From: Podarcis cretensis
Lineage: Eukaryota
Direction: 5' to 3'
Length of the DNA stretch: 64,000 nt
Assembly (NCBI GenBank): GCA_951804945.1
Contig: OX638156.1
Span: 50,654,001 to 50,718,000 of the forward strand
Positions 12,201 to 35,000 of the stretch are shown here, in pieces. The notes below the pieces were generated by a model, which was not told the origin of the DNA, made no database searches, and saw only the letters and a list, made by a program, of their open reading frames with translations. A program made the position numbers and the translations under genes. Positions within the stretch are counted from its first letter, which is position 1. Each line of letters opens with the position of its first letter.

Positions 12201-15200
12201 AGGTCACAACAGGCTGGCCTGGCTGCCTCAGGGAGTTGTGAAAGCAACAAGCCTGTCTAGCCTCAAAGCCAGAGCTGGTTGCACCCCATGCACTGAGGTT
12301 GCCCAGCAAATACTCTCCCTCCCCTCCCCACCCTTCAGCCCCTATAAGCCTTGGTTTGTTCTTCTCTCCAGAGTTGGAGCTCAGCTGATCTCGTTCTTTC
12401 TCTCCTTTCCTTCTCTTTGTTGCTCAGCTTCCTCCAGCTTTGTCTTGTCCCTTCCTTCACCTGCTGCTGCTCTCCTCCAGCCTTTCCTCAGGGCCGGTTG
12501 CCCTGCCAAGTTCTTGAGCATCTCTGATACTCTCCTTTGCATCCTCTTCCACTTGTCCACATCCTCTCTAAGGTCTGGTGCTGTCCTCAAGTGGAACTTG
12601 TCCAAGGTTGAGGTTTTGCTGGTGGCACAGAGAGACCACCCACTGAGATTCAGGGGCAAGCAAATGAATTTGCGGAAGACCAAAGAAGGTTCCTTTTCAC
12701 ACAGCGTAGAACTCGTTGATAGCACCCACTGCCACAGGGTGTGCCGACGGCTGCCAATTAGAATGGTTTAAATGGGGGAGTAGATAACCTCAAGACAAAG
12801 AGATGTGCCAATAGGTGTTGGCCATGGTAGCTCTGTGGAACCTCCTTGTCCAGAGGCAATCTACCTGTGAATACCAGGCACTGGGGAACATTCTAGACCT
12901 GATCCTCTGCCTTTGGGTTTCCTGGCAGCACCTGGTTTGGATCCCCAGATGCCACACCAGATGGAGCTCTGAGCCTGCTGCAGCAGGGCTCTTGGTCTGT
13001 GGCTCACCAGAGACCTTGTGGTTGCCATTTGGGAGTCTTGTTTGCATCTGGCTCTTCTCTTCATTCTTTGGCCCTTTCAGAATAGTTTAGGGGCAAGAGA
13101 GCGGAGGGGCCAGTGGAGGTTGCTTTGCGCTTCTGGAACCATGCCAGGGTGGCCTTCCTAGACTGCCCTCTTCTTACCTGGCAGGTGGAATCCCTGCAGA
13201 CCTCCCTGGAGACAGCACGGGCCGACAGCTACCGCCTGCATCATGAGAGTGAGTTGGTGGTGGCCAACGTCAGCCAGTGGGTGAAGGAGCAGAAGTGAGT
13301 TTGTGCCACCTGGCTGTGGCAGCCTCCTCCTCCTCCTGGGGTGGGTGGGAATGGGCTCTAGCAGTGCTGCTTACCACCTTTCCTTGCCCCTTGTTACTTC
13401 CTCCCAACTGGTGTCTCGTTGCAGGCAGGTGAACGAGAAGTTGGGCGACAAGATCCGGGACCAGATCAAGCAAATTGCTCAGCTGACGGGCGAGAGGGAG
13501 TAAGTGCAGCAGGCTGACACGGGCGGGGGGGGGGGGGTCCCTCCTCCAGGCCTCCCACACTTCTGCTCTTCCTCAAGGGGTGGGCAGTAGGCTCACCTGC
13601 TGGTCCCAACTTCCCCTGCCTCCACCCCATATCTCCAAATACTGTGCAGAACAAGAGGTGTTTTTAAAATTCAGGCGCTCCTCCTTTCCTTGTCCTGTTA
13701 TCCTCATGTGTAAGTCCAAAGGCTGCTGCATGGCTGTTTGTTCCCCTTTGTTAAGGCAGCTTCTTTCCACAGCCACCTCCATGGGCTAATGGAGAGACTC
13801 CAGCAAGAGAATAAACGCTTGAAAAGTGAAGTGGATGAGCGGCGTATTGAGTGTGAGCGCCTCAAGGTGAGTGGAAGGCTCGGTAGTGAAGGGCCAATAA
13901 TCCCAGGGGTCCAGATGGCACTCTCAGTAGGCTGCCTCCATTTCCCAACAGGGAAGGTAATGAGTGAGTGGCAAGGTGTTCTGTTAGCCTGCAAGGCAGG
14001 CATTTATTATTTAAAGTAAAGTACTTCTGGAACCCTAAACCCACAAATGCAGAGTGGGCCAATATTGCCATAACAGGAGACGTGGCAGAAGATGGGACAG
14101 CCCCAAGGATTCCCCAGACCACCCACATCATTTAATGAGAAGGCATTGAACAAGTGCTGTTGTGGAAGCTTTTGCAGTTCTGCAGCAAGAGCACAGAGAA
14201 GTAGGCTTCCAGCATCCAACCCACAAGGAGTGCCTGGTAGTGACCACAGAGCCTGTGTGTTGGGCAAATCCACTCCTTGAAAACACAGATCCTCAGACTG
14301 CAGGAGGAGGAACGGCGGGTGGTTCACCAAAAGAGATGATTACGTAGTGATTCATAATAGCCAAAGCCATAAATCTTAGCTACTGAATTTATTTTGGGAA
14401 AATAGTGTGAATAAGAAAAGCTGCTTTCCATGTCTGGAGACTGAGCAGCTGAGAACCCAGATGGAGGTGAGTGACTTAGAGAAGAATTTTCATCCTGCCC
14501 TGCCCCCAAACCATATAACAGCCCTCAGGGCATAAGGTCAGCAAAGCCTCCCTTTCTCTAATGACCTTCAAGACTGCTATAAATTACAACTAAGAGGTTC
14601 TCTGTCTGCCAGTTGAAATTTACATCTGGTGTGTGAGCTACCTTCTTAAGAAGAGTTTATCATTTAACGATCAAGGGTGTTCGGTTAGAAATCTTTTATT
14701 TTTAATTCTGTTTTTTTGACAAAAGTGTTGATTTCAAACTGAAAGTATGTGGTTTGATAAGGAATGCTCTGAAGACCTTAAGGTCTTAAGTTTTTAAGAT
14801 GCATATTGAACTGTTAATAAGATTAAGAACACTCAGTATGGCAAATACATTGTTGGACACTCCATTGAATGTTGGCATATTACAGCAAATATTGCATGAG
14901 CAGTTAAGAGAGATCAGAGCTGAGATTTATGAAATGGTGAATGAAAATGGACCAGAGAAGGATGAAATGGAAAATGGTATTAAAGAGAGCACAGAGACTT
15001 TGGAGAACAATATCAAAAAAGGATTTCCAGAACAGGAGAGTGAAATGGTAGAATTGGAGGTAGCAGATAATGAAATGGAGAAGTCCTTCGCACCAGTGTC
15101 TAGAGGAATGAAACACCCAAATGGCATGAGTTATGATGTTGAAGGAATGGAATGAAGCCATGGACATCCTGAGTTGGCAGAGACAGAAAATCGGAAGTCC

Positions 15201-15479
15201 CTTTCACATCTCTTTTCCTTTTATATTCCTTCCTCTTTTTTCCTTTTGTTTTCCTTGTTGTCCTCTACTCTGAGACATTATTGGGATTATTCTTTCTCTT
15301 TTCGTTTTTGTTCATTTTGTATTGTATTGTATTACAAAAAAAAAGCCTTAATGAAATCTTAAGGGAAATAACACACACACAAAGTCTCCTCTTTCTCGTT
15401 GCAGGCTTTCCACAGCAGTGATTTGGACCCAGGTGCTGTACTACCACAGCCTTGGCCTACGTTCCCGGCAGATGAGTAA
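3261..15479 (+). CDS. PMFBP1: Polyamine-modulated factor 1-binding protein 1 (sperm head-tail coupling coiled-coil protein); 27 exons traced, 5' end not defined, apparent frameshift in exon 5890-5998
   Basis: Exons 3261-3407, 3894-3965, 5627-5794, 5890-5998, 6119-6181, 6388-6555, 6744-6827, 7331-7498, 7820-8062, 8145-8366, 8456-8686, 8766-8888, 8992-9118, 9229-9365, 9462-9708, 9959-10148, 10433-10586, 10711-10878, 10956-11123, 11210-11377, 11456-11602, 11693-11860, 11961-12023, 13185-13294, 13425-13499, 13773-13866, 15405-15479, all GT-AG. Motifs LEGSLELYKKKFQASLS, LHRDFASYKATH, EEYQGLVQDLKLEL and QWVKEQKQVNEKLGDKIRDQIKQIAQLTGER match mammalian PMFBP1 as recalled; tail-to-tail with DHX38 as in human. 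Confidence 0.9.
3996..4464. mobile_element. Young non-autonomous hAT transposon (MITE) in PMFBP1 intron
   Basis: Perfect 15-bp TIR CAGGGGTCTGCAACC / GGTTGCAGACCCCTG; perfect 8-bp TSD CCCTAGTC (3988-3995, 4465-4472); CpGs retained. Confidence 0.92.
4615..4785 (+). mobile_element. Degenerate CR1-type LINE endonuclease (APE) fragment
   Basis: Translates with disablements as NARSL..KMDKLELFVLEASIDIVGKTESWW...RKDKDG, the start of CR1 ORF2. Confidence 0.7.
4925..5068 (+). mobile_element. Squam3-like tRNA-derived SINE, degraded
   Basis: B-box-like GGTTCAATTCC followed by GCTGCCAGTCTGTGTCAAT..TGAGCTAGATGGACCA tail shared with other copies in the window. Confidence 0.6.
5071..5295. mobile_element. 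Tc1/mariner (Tigger/pogo-like) MITE
   Basis: Ends CA(A)TGGTACCTC / GAGGTACCACTG flanked by TA; same family as 50565-50779. Confidence 0.88.
12490..12965. mobile_element. Old CR1 LINE 3' fragments in both orientations
   Basis: Minus-strand LREDVDKWKRMQRRVSEMLKNL resembles the CR1 RT C-terminal motif; plus-strand CR1-like 3' sequence from about 12640. Confidence 0.55.
14560..15380 (+). mobile_element. Probable internally deleted L1-like element (ORF1-like remnant plus 3' tail) in last PMFBP1 intron
   Basis: Abrupt AT-rich block; 118-aa acidic coiled-coil ORF 14799-15155; pyrimidine-rich tract and A-rich tail; possible degenerate TSD caaagcctccctttctc / caaagtctcctctttctc. Confidence 0.5.
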
Positions 15480-17008
15480 GTGCTTCTGTTCTCCCCCACT
15501 CCTCTCCTTGGACAATGCCAGCACCAAGGAGCTTCCCTGCCTTCAGGGGACTTGCTGACTCACAACCTCCTTCAGTGACGTGAGTTAACTTCCAAGCCAG
15601 GGACCGCCTGGACCAATCTTTTGAGGCAATTTAGAATGCTTCTGATGGCAGGAAGGCACTTTGCACAAGCTTGGCTTAAAAAGTTATTTTCTCGGCTCAC
15701 ACATGCAGGCTGGGGCATCATAGCACCCTACACAAAGCACCAGAAACCCCTGAAAAGACTGCAAAAGCACAGTGTGGTGAAGCCTCTGTAAGGAACTGCC
15801 TGGTATAGCAGACTATGGGGTTCTGTTATACAGCAATCTTTTTCCAGCAGCCAGTGAGATGGGCCCTGGGCAAATACCCCCCCTGCCACCCCACAGCTTT
15901 CCTGCAAGGGTGGGGAGCTTGTAGCCCTCTGGCTATTGTGAAGTTCTGGCTCCCCTCACTCCTGGCAATAGTGGCTGGGGCACATGGAATCTATCATCAT
16001 CCAGAGGGCCACATGCTTAAAGCCAGGGGCCGGTAGCAGACCAGGCCACAATTCCCCAACCGACCTCTAATGGAGTTGCATAACAATATTGGGAGGGTAA
16101 AGTATTTATATAAACTCTTTATCCAACATTATGTCTTGAATTGACTTTAGTCCTTGGGTGTACAGAAGCCATTTCCACTCCCTTTCAATCATTTATGGTG
16201 GGTGCAAACATGCCCTTTCTTAAGAGGACCAATGCTGTGTACAATAGTCTAAAATGAAGTAATAGCATTCAAATAGATGCCATCTTATTTTCAGTCTCCT
16301 GTAGAGATTCCCTGAGCAAACTGATTGTTAGTCAAGTCAAGCAGCATGGATGTAGAAAGCCATTCCTGCTATACCTCCCCCACCCACCCCAAATCATCAT
16401 CATTATTACCATTTGCAGCTCTCACTGCTTGAGCCGGAAACAAAGCAAAGTGCTGCCTACAAAGTGGAACCTGTCCTAGCCCCGCCATGGCTGCTGGATA
16501 CCTACTCTTCGCCACACACGCTGGCCCCCTCCCTGCCCAGCAGAGGACACACCTTGGTGCCTGCCGCGCCAGGCTCCAGTGAATATTTGGACAGGGACCG
16601 GCCGATCGACTAATCATGTGACTTCTTACACAGAAGAAGAAAGAAAGAAAAAAAGAACTTGTGCAGATACTAAGCTAATAAATGGGGAAGTGCTGAGCCA
16701 CTTTCCCCAAAAAACCACATGTTGTGCTGTGAGCATGTATAAGGCAAAAGGGAGGCAGGTGGCAGAAAGCAGGATGGGCCGAGAGAGGACAGGGCTCCCC
16801 ACAGGTACACCCCAAACACACCTTGCTCCAGCCTCACCCCCAACCTTGCACCAAGGAAGAGGCCAAACAAAAGCAACTGCTCAAAATTGGGTCAGGAAGC
16901 AGCAACATTTATATAAACAATAAAATTATTTTTTCCATGTCCATCCAGGGTGGGCTCTGCCCAACTAAGCACAGCAGGGTCTTCTGTACAGAGCTGGGAG
17001 GGCAGGGG

Positions 17009-28450
<11,442 letters not shown>

Positions 28451-28461
28451 TGCAGGGCTCT

Positions 28462-29010
28462 CTGCGGGGAGGCAATGAGGCACGCGAGTCAGCGGGACGG
28501 GGACCGGGCGGCAAGGGGGGTGGCGCCTAACGGCGGCGGGGGAACTCGGGCTGTTGGAGGGGCTGCTCGGCCGTTCAGAGTCCCGCGGGACGCGCTGCCA
28601 CTGGACGACACACCGCGCTGAAAGCGGCAGCGGAAGCAGCAGCAGCAGCGCCGCCCAACCCGCTGGCCCGGCCTCGCTTCGCCTTCGGGACAGAGACGGG
28701 GGCAGAGTCCTGCCCGCCTCAGCCTCACCCTCCGCCGCCGCGCGGCCGCCGCTTCAAGGCCTGACCCTCCGCTTGCCGGGCGCCGCCATTGCCCGCCCCA
28801 CAATGCCCCGCGACGGCAGCTGCGACGGCCTCTCCCCGCGCCATAGAGTCGTTATAGAATGTGCAGCAGCGCGGCTCCTAGACCGACCGACCGAGTCCTT
28901 ATGCGGAGGCGGGATTTCCGGATTGCCGCCGCTCGGAGGAGGGAACGTAAAAGCCGCCCACAGGAAACTGCGCGAAGAGATTCCGGACTTCCGCACAGCT
29001 GGAACGGAAG
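28462..29010 (-). promoter_or_regulatory. DHX38 CpG-island promoter, non-coding exon 1 (donor at 28728) and intron 1
   Basis: High CpG density; GG|GTGAGG donor; acceptor CCCCGCAG 11 nt before the ATG; ETS (CGGAAGT) and YY1-like (AATGGCGG) motifs. Confidence 0.75.
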
Positions 29011-29594
29011 GCGGCAGAACTAGCAGTTTCCCCTCAGAAGAGGAGGGGGGTGCCGCTCCCTCAGACAGCTGGGAAAGCAGTTCGAGATCATGGGCGGGAA
29101 CGGGGCTAATGCAGCGATGGGGAGCTGTGCGAGGACATTCATGGCCCTCCAGGTGCTGTTAGAGACCGCAGCTCCCAGCAGCCAGCGTGGCCAGAGACGA
29201 GGATGGAATTGTAGTCCATCCATCCTCTGCTGGGCCGGAAGTTCCCCAGCCATAGGTCATGGAAAAGTAGAGTCGGAAGGGGCCGCGGGGGTCATCTAGT
29301 CCAAGTGGTGCTGGCCGAGACCCGCTTGTGGGTCATGGCCTGATCCGAGATGGGTTGCAACAGCAGCGCCACTACTGTGCAAATATGTGGTAAACGATTC
29401 CAAGATTGGTCCCCAAATGCATGTTTGGTTAAAGGCGGGTCCAGAGACTGAAAAGGTTGAAGACTGCGGGTCTAGGACACTTGCAGCCCACAGAGGGGCA
29501 AACGCGAGTCCCGCGCTCTCCACCCAAAGCGGCTCGGATTTCAGCCGGATGGGTTTTCAGGAGCCCGAAAATCCCGCGCACCAGAAGGGCCGCT

Positions 29595-29770
29595 CTTACC
29601 CTTTCTTATATCTAGGGTGACATAACCCGTTACCCCGGCAACAGACGAGCCTCTTGGACCGGGGGCGGGGCTTCTCCGGGTCCGTCTCCTCCCACCCTTC
29701 CTACGTCAGAGCCAAATCAGCCCCCGTTCCCGCGGCTGGAGAGTCTGGTGGGGTGATTTGCGCTGTTTGC
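29595..29770. promoter_or_regulatory. Second promoter-like cluster (RFX X-box, GC box, CRE-like site) with minus-strand splice donor
   Basis: GTTACCCCGGCAAC 29629-29642; GGGGGCGGGG 29661-29670; TGACGTAG on minus strand near 29701-29708; AAGG|GTAAGA at 29599. Confidence 0.5.
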
Positions 29771-30319
29771 GCCCTTGCGAGTCACTCCTTGGGCGTTGGG
29801 TTCGTCTGACGCCTTTTGCGTCCTGCTGCCCCCCTTTTATTCTGCATGGGTGCAATTCCTAGGATAACCTCCCAGTCACTGCTGCAAAGCCTGCATTGGG
29901 TGCCAGGGCACAACCCCCTTACCACTGAAATACAAACAAACTGAGTCTTCAAATGTTGCCCCTCTCCCCTCACCAGAGCTCTCAGGACTGTGCAGATTTA
30001 CCCCCGGAGCTGGCACCTCTTCCTCAAGCCACAGGTCCAAGGGCAGCTGCAGGGGCCTTCTCCATGAGAGAACTTCTACCCTTGGGAGATGCCTGTGCCT
30101 GGCCATAGAAGTGAAACAATATGCGCTCCTTTAGATTTACTTTTAATAATTGAAGAGAAATCCCACCCACCATTGGCAATGTTTTTTAACCTTTTGTATG
30201 CTGATCTCCATCATAAAACAAGTGAAATGCACTTGTCATATGGGATTGTAATACCAAATTTAAAAACATAATTAAAAAATATATAAAATAAAAACAAGTT
30301 TAAACAAATAAACAAAAGC

Positions 30320-30325
30320 TTTATT
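30320..30325 (-). terminator. Probable DHODH polyadenylation signal AATAAA
   Basis: AATAAA on minus strand 655 nt after the stop, followed by T/GT-rich downstream sequence. Confidence 0.65.
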
Positions 30326-30979
30326 GAAAGACCACCCAGAAAAAGAGCCACCTCCCGCTGAACGCAAGGCAGGGAATAAAATACCACAGCCCCTCAGAGC
30401 AATGCTGATCGTGCCCCCATCCTCTTCAGCATCCTAAGATCAAGAGTGGGGCTCTGGGATGAAACAGAGAAATTATTTCTGCAATACTCCCATTTTACTT
30501 AATCCCATCTGGGAGGAACTGAATTACACTGCAGACCTGACTCTGTTGGGTCTCAGCAGATGAGGGGAATTCCTTGACTTTGGCTTGGCTGAGGATACAC
30601 ACAGATCCTGGCCCTCTGCGTTGCTTGATAGTTTCTGATGAAATAAGCCAGCCCCAGCCTGGCCTACTTGACTTGTGTCAATGTTTGCTCATCCTGTTCC
30701 AGGGACATTTAGTACCTGCTGGACTGCAAAAGTCTGCATTAAGAAGTACACTGTGAAGCTCTTAAGGGAGGCACTTTTTTGTTCCTTGCTGGAAAAACAA
30801 TCAAGCTGATCTTGATGGAAGCCCCCCTGCCCTCATGTAGGGGAAGACGAGGGGGCCAGCAGGACTACAAGCAGAAACATGCTGGAAACATGCTGGATGC
30901 TACCATGGTGACCTGGGCAAACAAGCATCTCTGTGCCCACAGAGTGCCTGCTGTCACACTAAGCCCATGTCAGGAGTCC

Positions 30980-31996
30980 TCAGAGGCCATGATCTGCACC
31001 CACAGCATCCTGCACGCTCTGGAATCCTTGCTCCCTGCACAAAGGCGAAAACAGCACAGAGTGAGTAGACCAGCTAGCTGTCTCTGGCCCTGCAGTTTTC
31101 TTGGCGCCTAGAAAGATAAAACCTCAACCCAAGCAAAGTCCTTATTTGCTTAAGATACCAGCTCCCCACTTGGGGACCCATCTCCCTCCCCAGCTACAAA
31201 AGGTAACCAGAAAAGCTTATGCTTGTAAGAGCAGATCCTTGTACGTTGTGGGGAGGGGACTTGTGACCTGCAGGCGAGTCACAGGAAACCAAGGAGGTGA
31301 AATACCCACAGGATCAAGACCACTTTATCCTCTACGTAGTACATATTTGATTGTTTGGATAAGACAACAGATGCACAGGTATAAAGAATAGAAAGCAAGG
31401 TCTGTTTTTACTTGTTTTGGGACTACTGTTGTCCCAGACATCAACTGCTGCAAAGCCACCAAGGCTCCACAGACCACAAAATGACACAAAGGAACTGTAG
31501 TGGAGATAAGGTAATTTGTCTTGGTGGAAGTGGAAGGTAATTTGAGACTGGAGATAAGGGACAGGTGGAAGAACAGGCGGCAGCAGGGGCTTCCAAGAGG
31601 AGATGTGCCAGGGGCTAGGAAGCAGATCTGGAGGAAAGGCAGGCTGGCTGGCAAGCAGAATGTGGGAGGAAGAGAAGAAATGGGTGTAAGAGGCAGAGCG
31701 AGAGACACAGAACATCAAGCAAGGAGGACAAGGTACTTGAAGCTGATGTAAAGAGCATCAGGGATCAGCTTCTTGCAGTGTAAATGGAGAGCATACATGC
31801 AGTAAGGAGCCCAGCATGACAACCTAGGTGGGAGACAGACAGTTTTGTGACAGCTCCCTCTACAGCATAATCTCATGCTGGCAGCAATCTCATTCTGCTG
31901 TGCTTTCTAATCAGCAAAACTTTGCTTGAATCTGAAGTAACATCATGATGTATCTGCAACACACAGCTGGATTGGGGGTCCGTTAGGTGCGCCCTT

Positions 31997-32081
<85 letters not shown>

Positions 32082-35000
32082 TTGGGCCATCAAGAAGCTG
32101 GGAGCTGGGCCCAGCCTGGCACTCACCTTAACAGAGCCTCCAGCTCCTGTTTCACAGCACCCACCACAGGTGGCCCACGGTAGGTGAGGGCAGTGTACAT
32201 CTGCACCAAGGAGGCCCCTGCACGGATCTTGTCCAAGGCATCTTGCCCGCTAGAGACTCCACCTACACCTATGATGGGGACCCGTCCTGGGGGGCAAGAA
32301 GAGGCTGCTAGTGGGAGGGATTCTGGAGTCCCTCCCACCTCCACCCCCTCCTCCCTCCCTCCAGCCTCTGTCTCCTTACCTTGGGTGAGAGAGTACATCT
32401 CGCTGACCAGCTGAGTGGAGAGCTCTCGCAGGGGAGCTCCGCTTAGACCCCCTACCTCACCACGAAGAGCTGCACGCAAGGTGCTGGGGCGGCTCACAGT
32501 GGTGTTGGTGACCACCAGTCCATCAACGCCTAACTGGGAAAAAGGGAGCCCAGTCAAGCCTCAGAGCCATAGCCTCCTCCTATGCGCTGCCCTCCTTCCC
32601 ACTGCCCGCGGTGGCCCTGAAAGTCTAGCCCTACCCCAATCTCACTCTTATTTAAAGGAAATTCATAAGACCACTTAATCAAAAATCTATATATCTCCCA
32701 AATAGCGTACAAATATAGCTTAAGCTAAAACACAGCTGAAATCCACAGTTCACTAAAAGCAAAGGTATGTAAAGCCACCTCAATTCAAAACAACGATAAA
32801 TTCAATAAATATTTAAAGCCGATATAGGTGACTAAATTACATGTCTGGGGACGCTTGCCAAATGCAATATGGTGAGGGTGCCTGCCCAGTATCAAGAGGC
32901 AGGGAGTTCCAAGTGCTGCTATGCTCACGAGATTGCTCTTGCGAGGAGTGCAGAGTGGCAGGTGTAAAAGTGCAAGTTTCACAGATGGAAGTGATCAAAG
33001 AGGCCCACGTGGGGCAAGGTGATCTCTTAAGGGAGCTGCTCTAGAACAAGGCATAAAAGGCCAAACCAACGAGGCATAATTGAGGCAGCAGCCAGACAGA
33101 ACCACTCCTGCCCACCCACCCCTGCATCACCTCAGAGACGACACTGGCAATGTCCTTCTTGTCTTGGGCCGTGAGGTCTGGAGCAATTTTCACCAGTACA
33201 GCCGGCTTGTGCTTGCATGCCAAGGCGTCCCTCTCAGCCAGCACCTGCCAAGAAGCACACAGCCATTGGCCAAAGATCACGTTCATACTGCTCAGAAGGG
33301 CATAACTTTCACACTGCCCAGAAGGGCACATGATTACAAGCCATGCAGCGCAGCACAACACGGCTGGGAGAGGGGAACTGCTCCTGCTATGAACTAGGGA
33401 CAGAAGCTGAGCTCTGCAGAGCAGGAGAGGCTCAACAGCAGGATCCAAAGGGCAGGTATGGAAGGAGGGCGAGATAGAAGCAGCCTCCTGTTGGTCCACC
33501 ACCAACATCTGGAGGCAAGGCTGCCGCACTTGTACAAGGTTCTCAATCAGGCATGCATTCAACTCCTGCAGTAGGATTTGTGAACAATGTATCAGCAAAG
33601 CCCTGGCCTTCTTTTGCCAGGCACTGTTCAATAAATGTGAAATGGGAGCAGCAGGCTGCTCCTCCTTTGCTCCAAGCAGCTGCTGCCCTTGGCCCAGAGA
33701 GCAGGCGCTGAAATGTGTGCCAGAGGGCGCCCTGGCTGCTTACTGGAGGGGACCGAGAGGACAGGAAATGTTCTTGGGGCAAGAGACCCACCTTGGCCAA
33801 CAGGAGGCGCAGCTCGGCTTTGCCTTGAAGGGCCCGCAGTCCCGGTGTGTTGGGGCTGGAAACATTCACCACCAGGTAATCAGCCAGTGGGCCCAGCACA
33901 CGCACACCTGCCACGTAGTCGGCTGCTGCATCCACAGAGGCCTTGTTCTTGCCAAGATTTATTCCAAGAGGCATCCCCGCTAGGAAGGGAGAGGATGCAC
34001 AAACAGAAGCCAGTCAGACAGGGAAGGCCAGAGCAAAGATGACTGCTACATGAGGAATCCCTGATGAGGGGGCAGACACATAAGAGATTTCCCCAGGGAG
34101 AGCACAGGGCCATGGTGGACCTGTTAGGGCTGGAACTCGGGCAGGCACTGCTCCTGACCAGAGATGCTCTGGGAAGGGTCCAGGGCAGGATCCAGAAATC
34201 CTCCACTAATCAATTGTAACATTATTTGCTCCTTGCCACTCTTCACGTTCCCTGAAAGCTCCTCTCCAGATCTGACTGCCACAAGCATGTACTAGTACAG
34301 CAGCAATTGGGTGGGGGGAAGAAGGGGGCCGGGATTTTCCATGGCTCATGGGCAGGGAGGACACCTGCCACCTCACCTGAGCTGAGCTGACGCTGAGTTT
34401 CTTGTCGGGCTCGAAGTCTGTGCTCCACCACTGCATGCCCATGGCTGTTGAACCCATACCTAGAAAGTGGTGGACACAGCTCAGGTGAATACAGCTCAGG
34501 TGAATACCACCACCCCTCTCTTCCTCAATACATCACCTCATCCTCCACTGCAGGAGAGGCTTGTCAAAGGCTCACCCTCACCACCCACCTCTGTTCCAGC
34601 CTCCTACCTGTTAATAATGGCCTGGTCCTCTGGCAGCCGGAAGACACGGGGCCTGGGGTTCCCCTCTTGGGGCTCTGGGGTGACACTCCCCACCTCCACA
34701 AAGCCAAATCCCATCTTGTAGAGTCCATCTACAGCCTCTCCATGCTTGTCAAAACCAGCAGCCAGGCCAAGAGGGTTCCGAAACCGGCGCCCAAAGACTT
34801 CCACTGCCTGGGAAGCCAATTAAGCACCTGTTAACCAGCAGAAAGCCTTAGGCAGCAGAAGAGACAGGCAAGGCCCCATCCTGTCCCAGGAGAGAAAGGG
34901 CATGGTGGGCCCACAGGAAGGGATTGGGAGCAGTAGGATGAGAGGCAGGGCCCAAAGCAGGAGCACAGCAGCCTCTACCGCCAGTCACCTGCATAGTTTA

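Noticed and set aside
29520-29625. PSE-like TCACCCTAGATATAAGAAAG suggesting an snRNA gene
   Set aside because: No recognisable snRNA body, Sm site or 3' box downstream; better explained as an exon end with a splice donor.
31330-31560. Possible TXNL4B relic in the last DHODH intron (GSTDHK, FVLVEVE)
   Set aside because: Only a few residues match, in different frames and the wrong order; not distinguishable from chance by eye.
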